Assembly (NCBI RefSeq): GCF_003918875.1
Contig: NW_025767109.1
Location: 310,001 to 374,000, forward strand
Length of the DNA: 64,000 nt
Reading direction: 5' to 3'
DNA from: Haliotis rubra
Taxonomy: Eukaryota
Both the position numbers and the translations under genes were made by a program. This document shows, in pieces, positions 11,621 through 25,016 of this stretch. Positions within the stretch are counted from its first letter, which is position 1. Every line of letters begins with the position of its first letter. The notes under the pieces are model-generated. The model ran no database searches. It was given only the letters and a program-made list of their open reading frames with translations, and was not told where the DNA came from.

Positions 11621-11975
11621 TGGTGGTGGAATTGGGTTTAACGTCGTGCTTGAGAATATTTCGCTCATATGATGACGTGCATGCGTGTGTATGTGTATGT
11701 GCGGCTGCTTGTACTAGACCAGACTGAAGCTTTTTTTTCTTATAGTGCTAGCCCACTGAGATACCATACCGCAGTGAAGCATGAATACCCCACTCAGACA
11801 CATTATACTGACTCCGAGCCGACCAGTCCTTGTTGTACCCATTAATGCCGAGCGCCAGGCAGGGACCAACAAGTACCATATTTTAACGTCGTTTGGTATG
11901 ACGCGGTCGGAGATCGAACCTGCGACCTTCCGCTCTCTGTCCGGACGCTCTAACCACTACACCACGGTGGCGGTC
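11621..11975 (-). mobile_element. tRNA-derived SINE family 3 (MetaSINE-like), full length
   Basis: Minus-strand tRNA head followed by a Meta-like domain (GACGTTAAAATATGGTACTTGTTGGTCCCTGCCTGGCGCTCGGCATTAATGG); 14-bp TSD TTTACATACAGGAG; second copy at 46257. Confidence 0.85.
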
Positions 11976-12237
11976 TTTACATACAGGAGATGTTGTATAT
12001 ACAGCATTTTGTATGGCCACATTAGTTTACGACACTCGTCAGCAGAAGTCTCTGCATTCACTCTTTCATACTGGAGATGTTGTGTGATAAGCACTATTGA
12101 ACATCGGTACCTCCTAATGTTAGTTGAAGACACCAATCAGCAGAGACCTGCACATTCACCTTTACATGCACGAGCTGTTGTATGACAAGTACTAGTATGA
12201 CACACACTATTGTACAGCTGCGATATGCCGTCTTCAG

Positions 12238-12402
12238 ATACTGATCCTGGACGAGGCTACAGCTGCAGTGGACACACAGACAGAAGCTGTGGTGCAGCGG
12301 ACTATCAAAGAGGCCTTCAAGAACTGCACTGTGCTCACCATCGCTCACCGACTCACCACAGTGCTAAACTCGGACAAGATACTGGTCATGGATAGCGGCA
12401 AG
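12238..12402 (+). CDS. ABCC5: ABCC5-like exon (Walker B, D-loop, H-switch)
   Basis: TTCAG acceptor, GTAATT donor; [42 protein letters not shown]. Confidence 0.95.
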
Positions 12403-12424
12403 GTAATTGTATGAACAGAACAGC

Positions 12425-12725
12425 TGGGTGGGTGAGTGGGTGAATTAGTGGTTGGGTGGTGGGTGGATTGGTGAGTGGGTGAGCTAGTGGGTCTGGATGA
12501 GTGGATGAGTGAATGGCTGCTTGGGTGTGCAGATGAGTGAGTGAATCAATGGGTGGGTTTTGGGTGAGTGAGTGAGTGAGAGTGGAATTAGTGGTGGATG
12601 GGTGGGTTAGTGAGTGATTGAGTGAAAGAGAAAGGTTGGCTGAGTGAGTGAATGAAAGTGAATGGTTGAATGAGGGAGTAAGTGAGTGAGAGTGGATGGA
12701 GGGGTGGGGGTTGGGGGGTGGATGA
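12425..12725. repeat. Degenerate (GAGT/GGGT)n simple repeat
   Basis: Tetranucleotide low-complexity tract in the last intron. Confidence 0.85.
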
Positions 12726-12961
12726 AATTGGGCCTGCAGCCTCGATCTGGTACGACCACCCAGGGGTCTGGTCTGCTGGTCCTTGGTTTCACATAATGAT
12801 TTTGTCAAAAGTAATTGTATAATATTTCTTATTTTGTTTTTACCAGTATGATGTTTGAAAAAATGTATCTAATTGTTTTACACTGCAGTTAAAATGACAT
12901 TCATATTTTGATCCATGATGGTTTGCAACAGTTTCACCAACAGTAACAATTTGCGTTTCAG

Positions 12962-13231
12962 AATGTAGAATTTGACGCTCCTTCACAACTTTTGCGAAGG
13001 AATCATTCAAAGTTCAAGTCGATGGTGGAAGCTCTGAAACCACAGTCTCGGGATTCCAATATGGAGGAATCTCTAACAGAGCAGCTGATCCGAGCAGAAC
13101 TAGCTCGTCTGAAAGAAGCAGATGCAAACAACCACATATCAGACTCTTATATATCTCTCTCGCCGACAGAACAGGCAAGGGAGCTAACTCCTGATCAGGA
13201 AGTTCATATTGTTGATGAAAGGACTAGTTAG
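12962..13231 (+). CDS. ABCC5: ABCC5-like terminal coding exon with extended C-tail
   Basis: TTTCAG acceptor; NVEFDAPSQLLRRNHSKFKSM resembles MRP5 VVEFDTPSVLLSNDSSRFYAM; in frame to TAG at 13229-13231. Confidence 0.88.
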   Translation, partial: NVEFDAPSQLLRRNHSKFKSMVEALKPQSRDSNMEESLTEQLIRAELARLKEADANNHISDSYISLSPTEQARELTPDQEVHIVDERTS

Positions 13232-13679
13232 TTAACAGTGCCTAAGAAATGGAGGGCTGATCGTGGCTTTATCTTGGACATCAATGAACCCTGAAGTGTT
13301 CAGATGCTATATACTTGGGTTTATGTTTGCAGCTCGAGTGTGTAGAGCCACCCATCAAGACTTCTTGCGTCACAGATACTGTGTGTGAAGGTCACTTTGT
13401 TGTCAATTGCCTTCATGTTTTACATCTAGATTTTGGCTTTAGGTCATTGGCTTTAGGTCAGTCCTTGTGATATATGTTTTTCAAACACAGATTTAATGCT
13501 TTTTGGTCTTGAATTGTACCTCTGTTGGGTCAGAGGTGTTTAGGTTTGCTCAGATGTATGTGTTTGGTCGCATGTCTTTGTATGATGTATGATTGTTAAC
13601 TGGACAAAAAGTTTGTATTTTGTAACATCCTGACGATTTGCTGATGGATCAGTAGTAAACAATTTAGACACAAGTCTTA

Positions 13680-14066
13680 TGCGGCCTTCACATGTCGAAC
13701 TAAAGTTCGAGTTTGAGAGTGTGAACATTCCAACAACTCGCCACCAACACCAATTTCAGCCTTGTCAAACTGTTGTCGAAAAATAAGGATTGGTCTCTAT
13801 TCTCACCAACTTTTCCATGAAACGTTTGAAGTTTTGTCAAATTTGAAGCGTTTGAAGTTTTGTCAAACTCATGTTGTTCAGAAACAACCAATCGCAGTGG
13901 TCAACGAAAATGTCACGTGATGTTTTGGTCGTCTGGTCAACTCGACCAACAAAATGGCATCTCTCAAATGACAGGAAAGTTTGACAACATGTATTTGACG
14001 TGTGAAAACGCGAGTTTGAACACTTTTAAAATTGTAACAGCACGTGTTTGCCATGTGAAGGCCGCT
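13680..14066. mobile_element. PIF/Harbinger-type MITE
   Basis: TIR GCGGCCTTCACATG / CATGTGAAGGCCGC, TTA TSD. Confidence 0.8.
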
Positions 14067-14473
14067 TTATATGTAGGAAGGTGCCAACCTCCATCTTAAG
14101 GCACCTGGCTACAGAAATTGTTCTTGCATCCAGTTGAAGAACTCTGGAGTCTGGTACATCTAGTACATGCAAATTAGACTGAGGTGTTCACATAGAATAC
14201 ATGGACACGATTGCAGATGACCTTGAGCTAAATATTTCATCGATTTGTCACTCTTTGCAAAACGAGAAGATCAAAAATACATTTCAGCATTGAAAATTGC
14301 ATCAATGGATCAAATAAACATTGGCATCCGGAGTGCTACATCCAGAATAAGAGTTAACTACTCTCTGTGTCTGGTGTCCGCACCTTCGTGTCAAGTCACA
14401 GTCACCACATGAGAGACTAACATGGCAACTATATATTTATCATGTGTGTTCTCACAGATTCTCACTAGTATTA

Positions 14474-14643
14474 GAGGAGGTGGGGTAGCCCAGTGGTTTG
14501 AGTGTTCGCTCGTCATGTCGATGGGCCTGGTTCAATTCCCCTCATGTGTACAATGTGTGAAGCCCATTTCTGGTGTACCCCGCCATGATATTGCTTGAAT
14601 ATTGCTAAAAGCAGCGTAAAAACCTATCACTCACTCACTCACT
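14474..14643 (+). mobile_element. SINE family 1
   Basis: A and B boxes, family body, (CACT)n tail; TAGTATTAG on both flanks. Confidence 0.88.
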
Positions 14644-14916
14644 TATTAGTATTAGGTCACAGCAGCATTGATTAATGGAATTAGTTCATTTGACAAAGTG
14701 TTGGACCGAGTGTCACATGAACTGCCTAGATATGTTGTGTTCGCAGTGTCCGACAGCTCTATTGGCTGGTAGAGTGCCTGCTTTAAGGCCTGATCTGCTC
14801 CCTTCTGTCCAGTTACACAAAGTGACCGACTTTTCTTAAGAGCAAATTGTGGAACAGGTTCTGTTCAAAATAGTGTCCAGTGTTATGACAACACTTCCAT
14901 ACTGTAACATTGACTT

Positions 14917-14917
<1 letters not shown>

Positions 14918-14951
<34 letters not shown>
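14918..14951. repeat. (TAA)n microsatellite
   Basis: Direct observation. Confidence 0.95.
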
Positions 14952-14952
<1 letters not shown>

Positions 14953-15966
14953 TTTTTTTGCATGAGAGTGAATTTGTTTTATATCAGGTGCTGTGATAAA
15001 GCAAGATTCGTGTACATTGGACACACACATTTAGCATCTAAATATTTAAAGAGGTGTTTGACGTAAAACTAACAATAACAATGTATGCTGAGCCTGCTAT
15101 GTAATAAGATAATACACCTGGGTTTCAAGATGGATGACATTCGGTGTTATTCATTTAAAACAGGGATGCTGGAGTGACTGCAATACTGCTACTTAAATGT
15201 TGTTTTGTGACAAACATGATAAGCCAAATGTATAATATCACTTGGATCGAGTATCTACCTGTGTTACTATAACAACTGACAAGGCTTAAAGTTTAAACTA
15301 TTTATTGATATATCAATATATTTGATACCAAAAATCAACAACCATTCTTTCCAGGTTTTCAGTTTTGAAATAAACATAACCAGTGTACTTAATGAAAAAA
15401 GAAGCTTATCAGCTTCAGAGGCAGAGACATTTGTGATGTAATTTGATTGTGATGTCATGGTGACCTATGATGTCACAATGACCTGCAACACATTTCATAG
15501 TAGTGCTATGTCCATTCTCTTGAATAACCTCTGTGGGAAGAGACTGTGCTATGTCCTGTGGAAGTTTTGAATGTTAAGAGTGTTATATTTTTATAGAACT
15601 TGTTTTTCCTGTGGAAGCAGGTAAACTGAACTCACTCACTCACCAATCTCGCTGTTGTTTCACTGTAATTTTTTGTTAGATGTTTTGATTGTTACAATAG
15701 AGGTTTCCTCGACCAGACCAGAATGGTTTGATCACCATAGTTCGACAACGCTTACCTACATGACAGCTCATCAGAGTGTTGAGTTCCAGGTATCATCATA
15801 TTTGCCAAAGCCCCTGGTTGCCGAGGGGATGATCCGACCATTGTTGTGAAAAGGCTTTGCTCAATGTGCACCCCCCTTTCTCTGTATATGCCCTGGTGGA
15901 GCAACATGTTGTGAGGCATGGAAGATGGCATGGTGGACATATTGAGAAGATGGCATAAACATTTTT

Positions 15967-16016
15967 CATCATCATCATCGTCATCATCACCATCACCATC
16001 ATCATCATCATCATCA
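15967..16016. repeat. (CAT)n microsatellite
   Basis: Direct observation. Confidence 0.9.
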
Positions 16017-17034
16017 CAACCACCTACTGAGGGCATGTGTGTCCCAGTCATGAAGGCACCACAATTTGCTGTGCAGAGTTGCATGCCTTTGGCACAGCAG
16101 GATCCTGTGATTGTGGGTTTAAATCCCAATGGCCTAAGTTATAATTCTATGTTCGTCTGCAACTTATCCCTGATTGTGGGGTTCACCAAAGTGGATTGTA
16201 GGTCAATTGTTCAGTAGTAATAACATGTAATATTATAGCACTAGTGTTAGTATTCCGTATTCAAGGTGGTAAATAAATGTAGTATACCACTGTGGCATGT
16301 TGATATTAGTGTGGGGTATATAGAGGTATAGTACACGGCTGATATTAGCTTTGAGGATAATGTCCACTGCCAAACGCCTGCATTTATTATAGTGGTAGCT
16401 CTGTTTATACAAAGTAACCCTCTTGTTGATAAAGTGGAACCAGCGGTTCCTGTTTTATTTTATTATCCAGCACTTATACTGAAAGTAACAAATATAGGAA
16501 CACAGGGAAATGCAAGTGTTCCTTTCATATTTTCCAGTTTTGAATAGAGCTGTGGGAGGAAATCTGAGAATAAATAAAGGATCACTGCCATGAAGTGGTG
16601 TTCCCTTATTTGTTTCCCTCAGTATATTTTGCTGTTGTACATGACCATGTAATCTGCATCTGTCGATGTAAATGTGTTGTCGATGGAGATAAACATTTTA
16701 GCATGTTTTAGACTTTAGAAAGAACCTGCCCTTATGCTGGGCTGTAGAAAGTATCAAGCAGTTTGTAAGGTAGATCTTTTTGAGTCAAAACAATTTTGGT
16801 GTTTGTTTTACTAACAGGTACTGATACAGCTGTGTGCATCCTTCAGCAAAGTAATAAGCAAAACATAAATCTACAGGAGACACATTGTTTCACCTCCTTG
16901 GTTCTCATCTTTAATGACAAAGTTTATAGATAACAAGTTCTTTTATTTCGTGAGTGTGACATTTCGGTACAAATTCTTGTACCATAGTCAAGCTGGAATA
17001 TTCTGCTTGACACGGTTCAAGAATATGTATATTC

Positions 17035-17168
17035 CCCGAGGGTACATCAACCCATGGGCCATCGAGGGTACATCAACCCATGGGCCATCGAGGGTACATC
17101 AACCCATGGGCCCCGAGGGTACATCAACCCGTGGGACGGGAGGGTACATCAACCCATGGGCCCGAGGG
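17035..17168. repeat. ~26-bp tandem repeat (CGAGGGTACATCAACCCATGGGCCAT), ~5 copies
   Basis: Direct observation. Confidence 0.9.
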
Positions 17169-17570
17169 ACCACTACAACATATTTATCTTACCGAACACC
17201 TCAATGGTAATTTTGAACTGTTTGAAGCACGGGTAGTGGATCATAATGAGGAGTACCAGAGTTAGGCAACAGCCCAAACACTACTAACATGAAGTACCAA
17301 ATGAATTCCCACAGTTCGGCATTTCCAGCAGGTAACAGAGAAAATGTTACTCGTTTGTAAGCGGGGTACATTGATTGGCTCAGCCAATCAGAAAACAACA
17401 TTTATGTGTAAGGTAAGATAAGATGTATTGATTTGATTATGAATATGGTAATTATTTTACATATCTCTATATCAGATGTTATGTGGACTTCCTGAACTTA
17501 CTTCAAACAGATTACATTAATGCTTACCTTTTCTTGTGAACTTACACTTTACTTTTTCAATTGCGATATG

Positions 17571-17900
17571 GAGGATACTAAACGACCTTCCGTGTAATAC
17601 CATTTTTATTTGTATCAAAAGAGTGAAAGCGAGTTTGATACTAAATCTTTCACGAGTTTAATAAAAATGGTATTTCACGGAAGCGAATTTAGTATTTTGT
17701 TTATTACTCTTCAACATAAACTGATAGACACTGCCAGTGTGATGACTCAGCAAGGTCTAATACCATTGTGACAGAGGTATTAGCATTATGATGTCATAAC
17801 TGTAAACCATTATGACATGATACGTCTGGCGGTATAACACTAGTGTAATATCGCTATAAAAATATTACACTGCAGTATCTTCCATGGGCGAGTAATAAAT
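17571..17900. mobile_element. Non-autonomous hairpin element family A (Crypton-like, tentative)
   Basis: GAGGATACTAAACGACCTTCCGTGTAATACC..hairpin..TTATTACTC / GAGTAATAA; second copy 37537-37882. Confidence 0.65.
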
Positions 17901-20419
17901 AATCTATATTTGCTACTCAAAATAATTGAATAAAAATTCTTTAAAAGGACCACAAAGTTAATGAAAGTAATATGAAAGATTCAAGTGATGCTTTGCCACT
18001 TTTAGAGTAAATTTATACTCACAATAAATCTGTTTTTCTTGTAATGATAATGTTGAGTCCATCATGAATTGACATAGTTTGTTTTGCATTTTACCATATA
18101 TACATATACCCAAGTGAAACTTCGACTGAATCTTTCAAATAGCTGAGAAGAACAATCTGTTCATATACTTATGGTTGTAAGTAAAGCAACACCATGTACA
18201 GCTCCATGACTGTGGAAAGCCAAATATGGTGATGTTACTGCAATGTATCAAGTAACTTCTATGCATAAAAAGATATGTTGGTTCTCATTAATTATTCTAG
18301 TCATACAAATATTTTGACAATAGGTTTGACATAGTTACCAATATCAGTGGGACTCTTTGTTCTATGGCTATGGGTTTCAATGCCAAAGTTAAGATAAAAT
18401 ATGCATATTTCAAGGCATTGTCAACAAATACACCAGATTTGTTGTTGTTGTATTAGTGTGCTTCACTGTTTTTTTAATTAATGTTACTATTAAAAGATCT
18501 ATTGAACAATTGACTGTTTTGTGTTGAGTATTACAAATGCTCCGTTGTCTTTGAAACCTATTTTCTCGGTTCAAGATGTATGTAGTTTGCCCAGATATTC
18601 ACTTTGATTATGATTTTCTTTTAATTGTAGGTGATTTGTAAGTGATGCAAATTGCTCTCTCTTTGTTCCTTACCCTTCAATCACCAGTACAGTTTTCTGT
18701 ACGTGAGCAGCCAATCAGAATGCTCCTTTCATAACAGCTTCATACAGGATGGTGTCAGCCATGTTTATTGCAAGGTACAGCTACTGCACATAGGTCTTAC
18801 AAAGTGAATCTCTATGAACACATGTCTACAGAAATTGTGTTCTTAAATACTTTTAAGATGTTTAGACCAAAACATTTTAGTGGTTTTTTTTCAGATTTAT
18901 TTGTCAATATACTGAAAAGAATGTAAAAAAAAGAAATATAAAAAATCCTCGGAGAAATGATGAGTTTACATTGTCTAGAACAACACAAAACAATGTATTA
19001 AAAACTTTTTCAATATGTTTCTTGTACTTCTTGTATAATTTGGATTGGTATGTACATTACATAATAAACAGATGTTAATAACCTAATTTGAATATTTCAA
19101 GAGGGTTCTGGGAGGACACTGGGTTTTCAGATCATCTAAGACAGTTATTAATGTGCAGAGTTGTCCCCCCTTGGTATTGCAAGGATGCATGGATCATGGG
19201 CTTCAATCACAAACCTGTGTGAATTGTTCAGTCAATTACATACATTGTCATAGTTTTCAAGTCATAAACATCTCTGACCTCCATGTTAAGCCACCATGCC
19301 CTGATATTACTGAATACCGTTAACAACGTTTGATTACACAAAAGCCCTCTTTCACAGTCCACTTAGAGAGAATGATGTACACACTTCTCTGTCAATCTGC
19401 ATAATTAGTCCACAAGCATAATTTGTTTGATTTTTAAAATGTAATGAATGTTGCCAAGGAAAATAGTTTCATTCATTCATTTGATGTTGTTTATGAAGTA
19501 CTTCATATGTTGCAAGGCTTCTTGTACTATTACCCACAACTGCTTACATGTGCTTGCATACTTAGTTGAACTTTTTAGTCAATGTTTTTTAGATTGTGAT
19601 AGTACATTCAGTTAGTTTGTGTATATATGGGAACTATCTAGTCGACATACTGTATTGCATGTATTTAATTACTAAAGGTTTGTTTTTAACATTCTTAGAA
19701 ACAGATCAAACAAATGGACACAATATAATAATCATTTAAATTTGTGGTTATTTTTCTAACAGGATGAAATGTTTTATATATTTTTTGCATTGTTTTAAAG
19801 ATAAATTTATATTGTCTTGTTTTATTTCACTAAAAGCTTAGTCACAATCTGTGTTTATCATTTTTTTTACTAATAAATACTAGTTTTTACTTCTGACGTG
19901 AAAGATCTTTTCTGACGAATGTTTTAAGTGCTTTTTATCAGATTGAATGTTTGATACTCTAGATGTTTTTATATAATTATTTCAGTATGATTAATATTGA
20001 TATAGCATAAGTGAATATATATGTGCATACACACATACATGCACACACACACACAGAAACACTTTTAATGATGATTGTTGTAAATTTGTGAATAGCTGAT
20101 ATTAAATAGAACATACACGATACATATGATTGGTTCAGGGGTTACAAGAGGGTTTATTGTCATTTGTCAAGTATAATGCCTATAATTAACTCATCTTTCC
20201 CATTTATAACATATTTTCTAACAAATAACATTTCTCTGGAACTGTTTAGGTGAACAAGGGATTAGTATTGTTTAAGTATTATATATCTACTCTAAAGTAT
20301 GATTCATGGTAATTGTGTTTCGTCTCACAGCTCTGGCACAGTTTACAAAACATCATAAATCTTTCTTTAAATTGCCTGTAAACATCAGCTGGAGATATTG
20401 AACATGTGATTTTTCTGGA

Positions 20420-20545
20420 AGGGCTGAAGACCCAGGTCTTCAATTCCTCACATGGGTACAATTTGTGAAGTCCATTTCTGGTGTCCCTGTGTGATATTGA
20501 TGGAATATTGCTAAAAGCAGCAAAAAACAAAACTCACTCACTCAT
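20420..20545 (+). mobile_element. SINE family 1, 5'-truncated
   Basis: GAAGACCCAGG..CACATGGGTACAA..AAACTCACTCACTC. Confidence 0.8.
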
Positions 20546-21231
20546 ACAGACATACAGCTTCACAGTGTCCATATTTGTGTGTTTCACAAGAAGGGTTGAT
20601 GTTACTTTGGATCACATAGAAGTGATAATTGTGCATAATTATTTGATTCTGTTGGATGCCGTAAATATTTATGGTGTGTGAAAATATTGTCTTATTGGAA
20701 TTGATCTGTTCTTGTTTTGCTGTGTCTGCACGAAGTATACTACTCAAATGACGTTAAGGACCACCCACTTTCATATTACATAAGCAGCTTGTCATGGCAG
20801 GTTTTGGATTAGTTCGTATAGTCATAGTATATCGGTCAATGGCATGTCTGTTATATAATAAGAAACAATCTGGTATTTCTTCACTATTTTCTTATATGTA
20901 CACCTCAAAAGCTGTGGTCACTTTTTGGGACAATGGTATTAAGAGAGGGACAAATGTACATGACCATGGTCTTGTCATCTGACCAGTAAAATCAACTCAA
21001 AAGTGTAAAAAAATTTTAAAAAAATCTTTTTATTTAATAGAAATTTGACAAAGTAAGTGCCATATTCATAAAGAATGTTAAAATTGACTTCATTGTATGC
21101 ATATTCCATACTGGAGAAATCAGGAAAATCTCGGAATTCTCGAAGTAGAATCAACATGGCCTGAAGGATTCTGGAATCGACCAATTCTAGAGACCACTGT
21201 ATGTCTGACAGTATGGTTGATAGTACTTTAT

Positions 21232-21458
21232 CAGTGTATGAAATAAGCCAGAAATCCAGCCAGACATCAGGGCCGGTAACTTCAAAATGTTACCAGCCCA
21301 AAATGGATTTAACCAGAACAAATATGGCGAATTTACTCAGATGTATGGAACATCTAATAAATTTACCAGACCATCGGGCTGTCTGTCTGTAAATTTAGAC
21401 CGTATGTCAGATATCTAGACCGATTCGGGCGGTCGGACGGGCCTTATTTCATACACTG
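21232..21458. mobile_element. Non-autonomous DNA transposon with CAG...CTG TIRs
   Basis: TIR CAGTGTATGAAATAAG / CTTATTTCATACACTG; flanks ACTTTAT / ACTTTGT. Confidence 0.75.
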
Positions 21459-21671
21459 ACTTTGTCCATTTTTCTGCATAATGACTTACAGTTACATCAG
21501 ATTTATTGGTCAGAATGAAAGCCAGTGCCTTCCTGACTCAGGATAAAACAGCAACAATGGCATGATGTCATAATGGTTTATTGACACTATATGTTAATGT
21601 GTTGATTATGTGCAGAGACTAGAGTGATAGCAACCACACACAGAACCACTTTCCTCAACATTGACAGGGGC

Positions 21672-21770
21672 TGTTGATCACTGGATTGTCTGGTCCGGAC
21701 TCAGTTATATACAGACCGCCGCCATATAGCTGGAATACTGTGAGTGCGGCATAACACAACGAACAAACAG
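21672..21770 (+). mobile_element. SINE family 2, 3' fragment
   Basis: TGTTGATCACTGGATTGTCTGGTCC..GCCATATAGCTGGAATA. Confidence 0.8.
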
Positions 21771-22107
21771 TCAAATGTAACTTTAAACTTAAAAGCTTTA
21801 GCTAAAACTAATACTGGTAATATCTACTTAATCAACAAACAAACAAAGAAAACAGGAAAGGATGGATTTGTCAAACTAAATTAAAGATCTTTCTCTGATA
21901 ATGGACAAGTGATATATTACTTTAACTTGTCCTTGTTTAAATATATTTTATTTTTTAAATCTTTATACAGAGTATATTCATCACTGGTAATACTAAATAT
22001 ATATATTATATGTGAATGGGCAACCACCATCCCTCTCTAATCTGAAAGCTGCATGTTTCGCTGTAAATGTTGCTTAGCAAGAGATCTTGTAGGCTGATTT
22101 GGGGTGG

Positions 22108-22505
22108 TTAAATAACCATTTATCATCCAAAACTGTGTTCCACAGGAGATATCGCTTGTGTGAGATCAAACGATATCTCCTAGGAGATATCGTTTTGACA
22201 GTAGATTTTGTACAATGCCCTGACAATGCTGTGACGTCATGTACTTGATGACGTCACAATGCATCGCTGCACTGCAAGTCTATTGGTAGTACCGTGTTCA
22301 GAGATGTACATTTTTCATTGAAAATTAATCAAGAGTGATTTTGGATGATAAATAGAATTTCACCCTCGTATCTTCTGATATCAAATATATCAACACTCGT
22401 TGATAAAAGTTAAAATATCCTCGGCAAGCCTCGGATATTTGTAACTTTATCAACTCGTGTTGTTATAATTGATATCAGAAGACACTCGGGTGAGATTCTC
22501 TATTT
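22108..22505. mobile_element. Non-autonomous hairpin element (Crypton-like, tentative)
   Basis: TTTATCATCCAAAA / TTTTGGATGATAAA inverted pair, long terminal hairpin ~22352-22503 with loop CCTCGGCAAGCCTCGG; TGACGTCA motifs. Confidence 0.55.
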
Positions 22506-23173
22506 CTTGTTATTGAAGCATCACTGTTGCCACTCCTGAATTTGTTACAATGTCACCACGCTTCTTTCTATGGATGCAAATTTATGCAAATTCATGTAAA
22601 TGTATGCATTTTCACATTTCAATGAAATCTCTTCATAGAAATAGTGTATTTTCTTGTCTATACATACTTGTATTCAGAAAAGGCAGATTTTCAAATTTAA
22701 ATTATTAATTTATTTCAATGTTATCTTTTAAATAATAATATTTTCCAGGGCTTTGTGATGTGTTCTTGAAGAGGAAAGTGTAATTGTTCCCCCTTGCATA
22801 ATAGTGCATAATGCTACTGGATGCGAGAGGACATATCACCAATCAGTTGTTGTTGAACCAGTTCCATGGGTATTCCTCTCAATGGTTATGTTTAATAAAG
22901 TTTACGTTATTGCTATGGTTGTTTGCACACATGTTTATGAAATTATAGATCTATTATCTGTTTGAGGTGTTGTTGACTTGTTGATTTGAGATGGACCAAC
23001 TTGTACTATGCTCACATTTTGTGCCTTTAGAAATAAATAACGGAAATAATATATCTGTATTTTCTGTCTTCTTATTTCCAAGGTGTCTGGGGATCTGGGA
23101 GACACAAAAACCAAAGAAAATAAACATAAAAAACTAGAAAAGAAAGAAGAAAGTCCAAAGGTTTGAACTGTTG

Positions 23174-23413
23174 CAGGGGTGGAAATAACTTTAAAATTGC
23201 TAGTGTACTCTGGTACAGTGGCACATGTAAAATCACTTGCCCTGATAATTTTTCCACTATACCGGCCGTTTTCTTGTTGATATTTTAAATAAACAACTTA
23301 ATTAATATTGGAAAGTGAACTGGACACCAGTACAGTAGGATATACAAATTTTCTTGCCCGACAGAAAAAACCACTGGACCCGGGCATCGGGCAATGGGTT
23401 ATTTCCACCCCTG
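23174..23413. mobile_element. Non-autonomous DNA transposon
   Basis: TIR CAGGGGTGGAAATAAC / GTTATTTCCACCCCTG, 5-bp TSD TGTTG. Confidence 0.8.
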
Positions 23414-23606
23414 TGTTGAACCTTGTCATATTTGTGGTTTTATACCTCTTTGCAAGGACAGCCAAATATGTTTGGGTGTAGACAAATAAGTTACTCTGCA
23501 GAGTGAATTGTCAAAGCAATCAGATTGAAACTATTGTGCCTAGCTCCACATACATATGTTTACATTCCATTTTGATATTCCCTATTGATTATTTGGAACA
23601 TATGAT

Positions 23607-24520
23607 TAAGCGTTACGACAGTCTACGATTGCACTAAGTGTATATAAGAGTTAACGACCGTCTACGATTGTCATGAGTGTATATTACGAGTTACAACAGT
23701 CTACGATTATCGTAAGTGTATATTAAGAGTTAACGACCGTCTACGATTGTCGTAAGTGTATATAAGAGTTAACGACCGTCTAGGATTGTCGTAAGTGTAT
23801 ATTAAGAGTTACGACCATCTACGATTGTCGTAAGTATATATTAAGAGTTACGACTGTCTACGACTGTCGTTAGTGTATATTAAGAGTTACGACTGACTAC
23901 GATTAACATAGGTGTATATTACGAGCTTCAAGTGTCTCCGTCGTAAGTATATATTAAGAGTTATGACAACAAGTACATATTTTAACGTCTTTTGGATCGA
24001 ACTCGAGGGCGGACGCTGTAACCACATCTGGGCAATAATAGCTGCATGTATGAAATATGTATGCTTAACAGAGTAAGTGAGTCAGCTTAGATTTACTCCA
24101 TACTCAGCAATGTTCCAGCTGTATGGCAGCGGGCTGTAAATAATCGAGTCTGGACCAGACAATCCAGTGATAAACAGCGTATGCTTAACAGAAGTATCTT
24201 TGTTTTGTTTTTTGTGTGGCTAGTTGACACCTTATTTTCCTGAGTCTGTAGAGGTAACGGTGGCGTATCTCTTGTAAAGGCCGTACATGGAGATCTGATC
24301 TATGATTGTCGTAAGTGTATATAAGAGTTACGACCGTCTACGATTATCGTAAGTGTATATTAAGAGTGACGACCGTCTACGATTATCGTAAGTGTATATT
24401 AAGAGTTACGACTGTCTACGGTTGTCGTAAGTGTATATTACGAGTTAGGACCGTCTACGATTGTCACAAGTGTATATTAAGAGTTACCACCGTCTACGAT
24501 TGTCGTAAGTGTATATTCAG
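23607..24520. repeat. 39-bp tandem array in two blocks (23607-23965, 24301-24520)
   Basis: Unit GAGTTACGACCGTCTACGATTGTCGTAAGTGTATATTAA; followed by Harbinger-like end CTTTCATGGTACAGCGCCC at ~24545-24563. Confidence 0.9.
24072..24178 (-). mobile_element. SINE family 2, 3' fragment inside a duplicated segment
   Basis: Flanked by ATGCTTAACA direct repeats, as is the copy at 25921. Confidence 0.75.
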
Positions 24521-25016
24521 ACTGTCTAAGCGCTACTGAGGCCGCTTTCATGGTACAGCGCCCTGAGCTCTTAGCAAAGTTGAGCCGAAGTGTTAAGTAT
24601 AAACAATTGGACGTAAATCTAAGCAGTTTTATTGAAACAGCATAGCTTTAATTTTCAAACGGAGAAATGATAACACGGGACAGACCATAACTATACCCTA
24701 TTGATGAATTGAACCCGGGTCTTTTGAAAAGCTCCTCAACTTCACCTCGACAGGGGACGAACGTTTCGTAATAAAGATACAAATTGCCATTGTGAGATTT
24801 TACCTATATTTTCAAGCTTCTTCTTGTGTTCTTAGTCAAGAATCATTGAGGTAAGGATATGGGCTACCCATTCACATTATCTTAATGTCTTTGAAACCTT
24901 GCACAAAGGACAGTATTAAACAATATGAAGTCTGACAGCATGTCTCCTGTGAAATCTGTGTTGCAGCGTTTGCGTACATGTTCTCTTTATCTGGTTTTGA
25001 CATTTCCATTTGAAAA

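Noticed and set aside
13232-23050. Defined 3'UTR or poly(A) site of the transporter
   Set aside because: Many AATAAA hexamers in AT-rich DNA; cannot choose without transcript data
24315-24539. Protein with 13-aa Cys-containing repeats
   Set aside because: It is simply the translation of the 39-bp satellite
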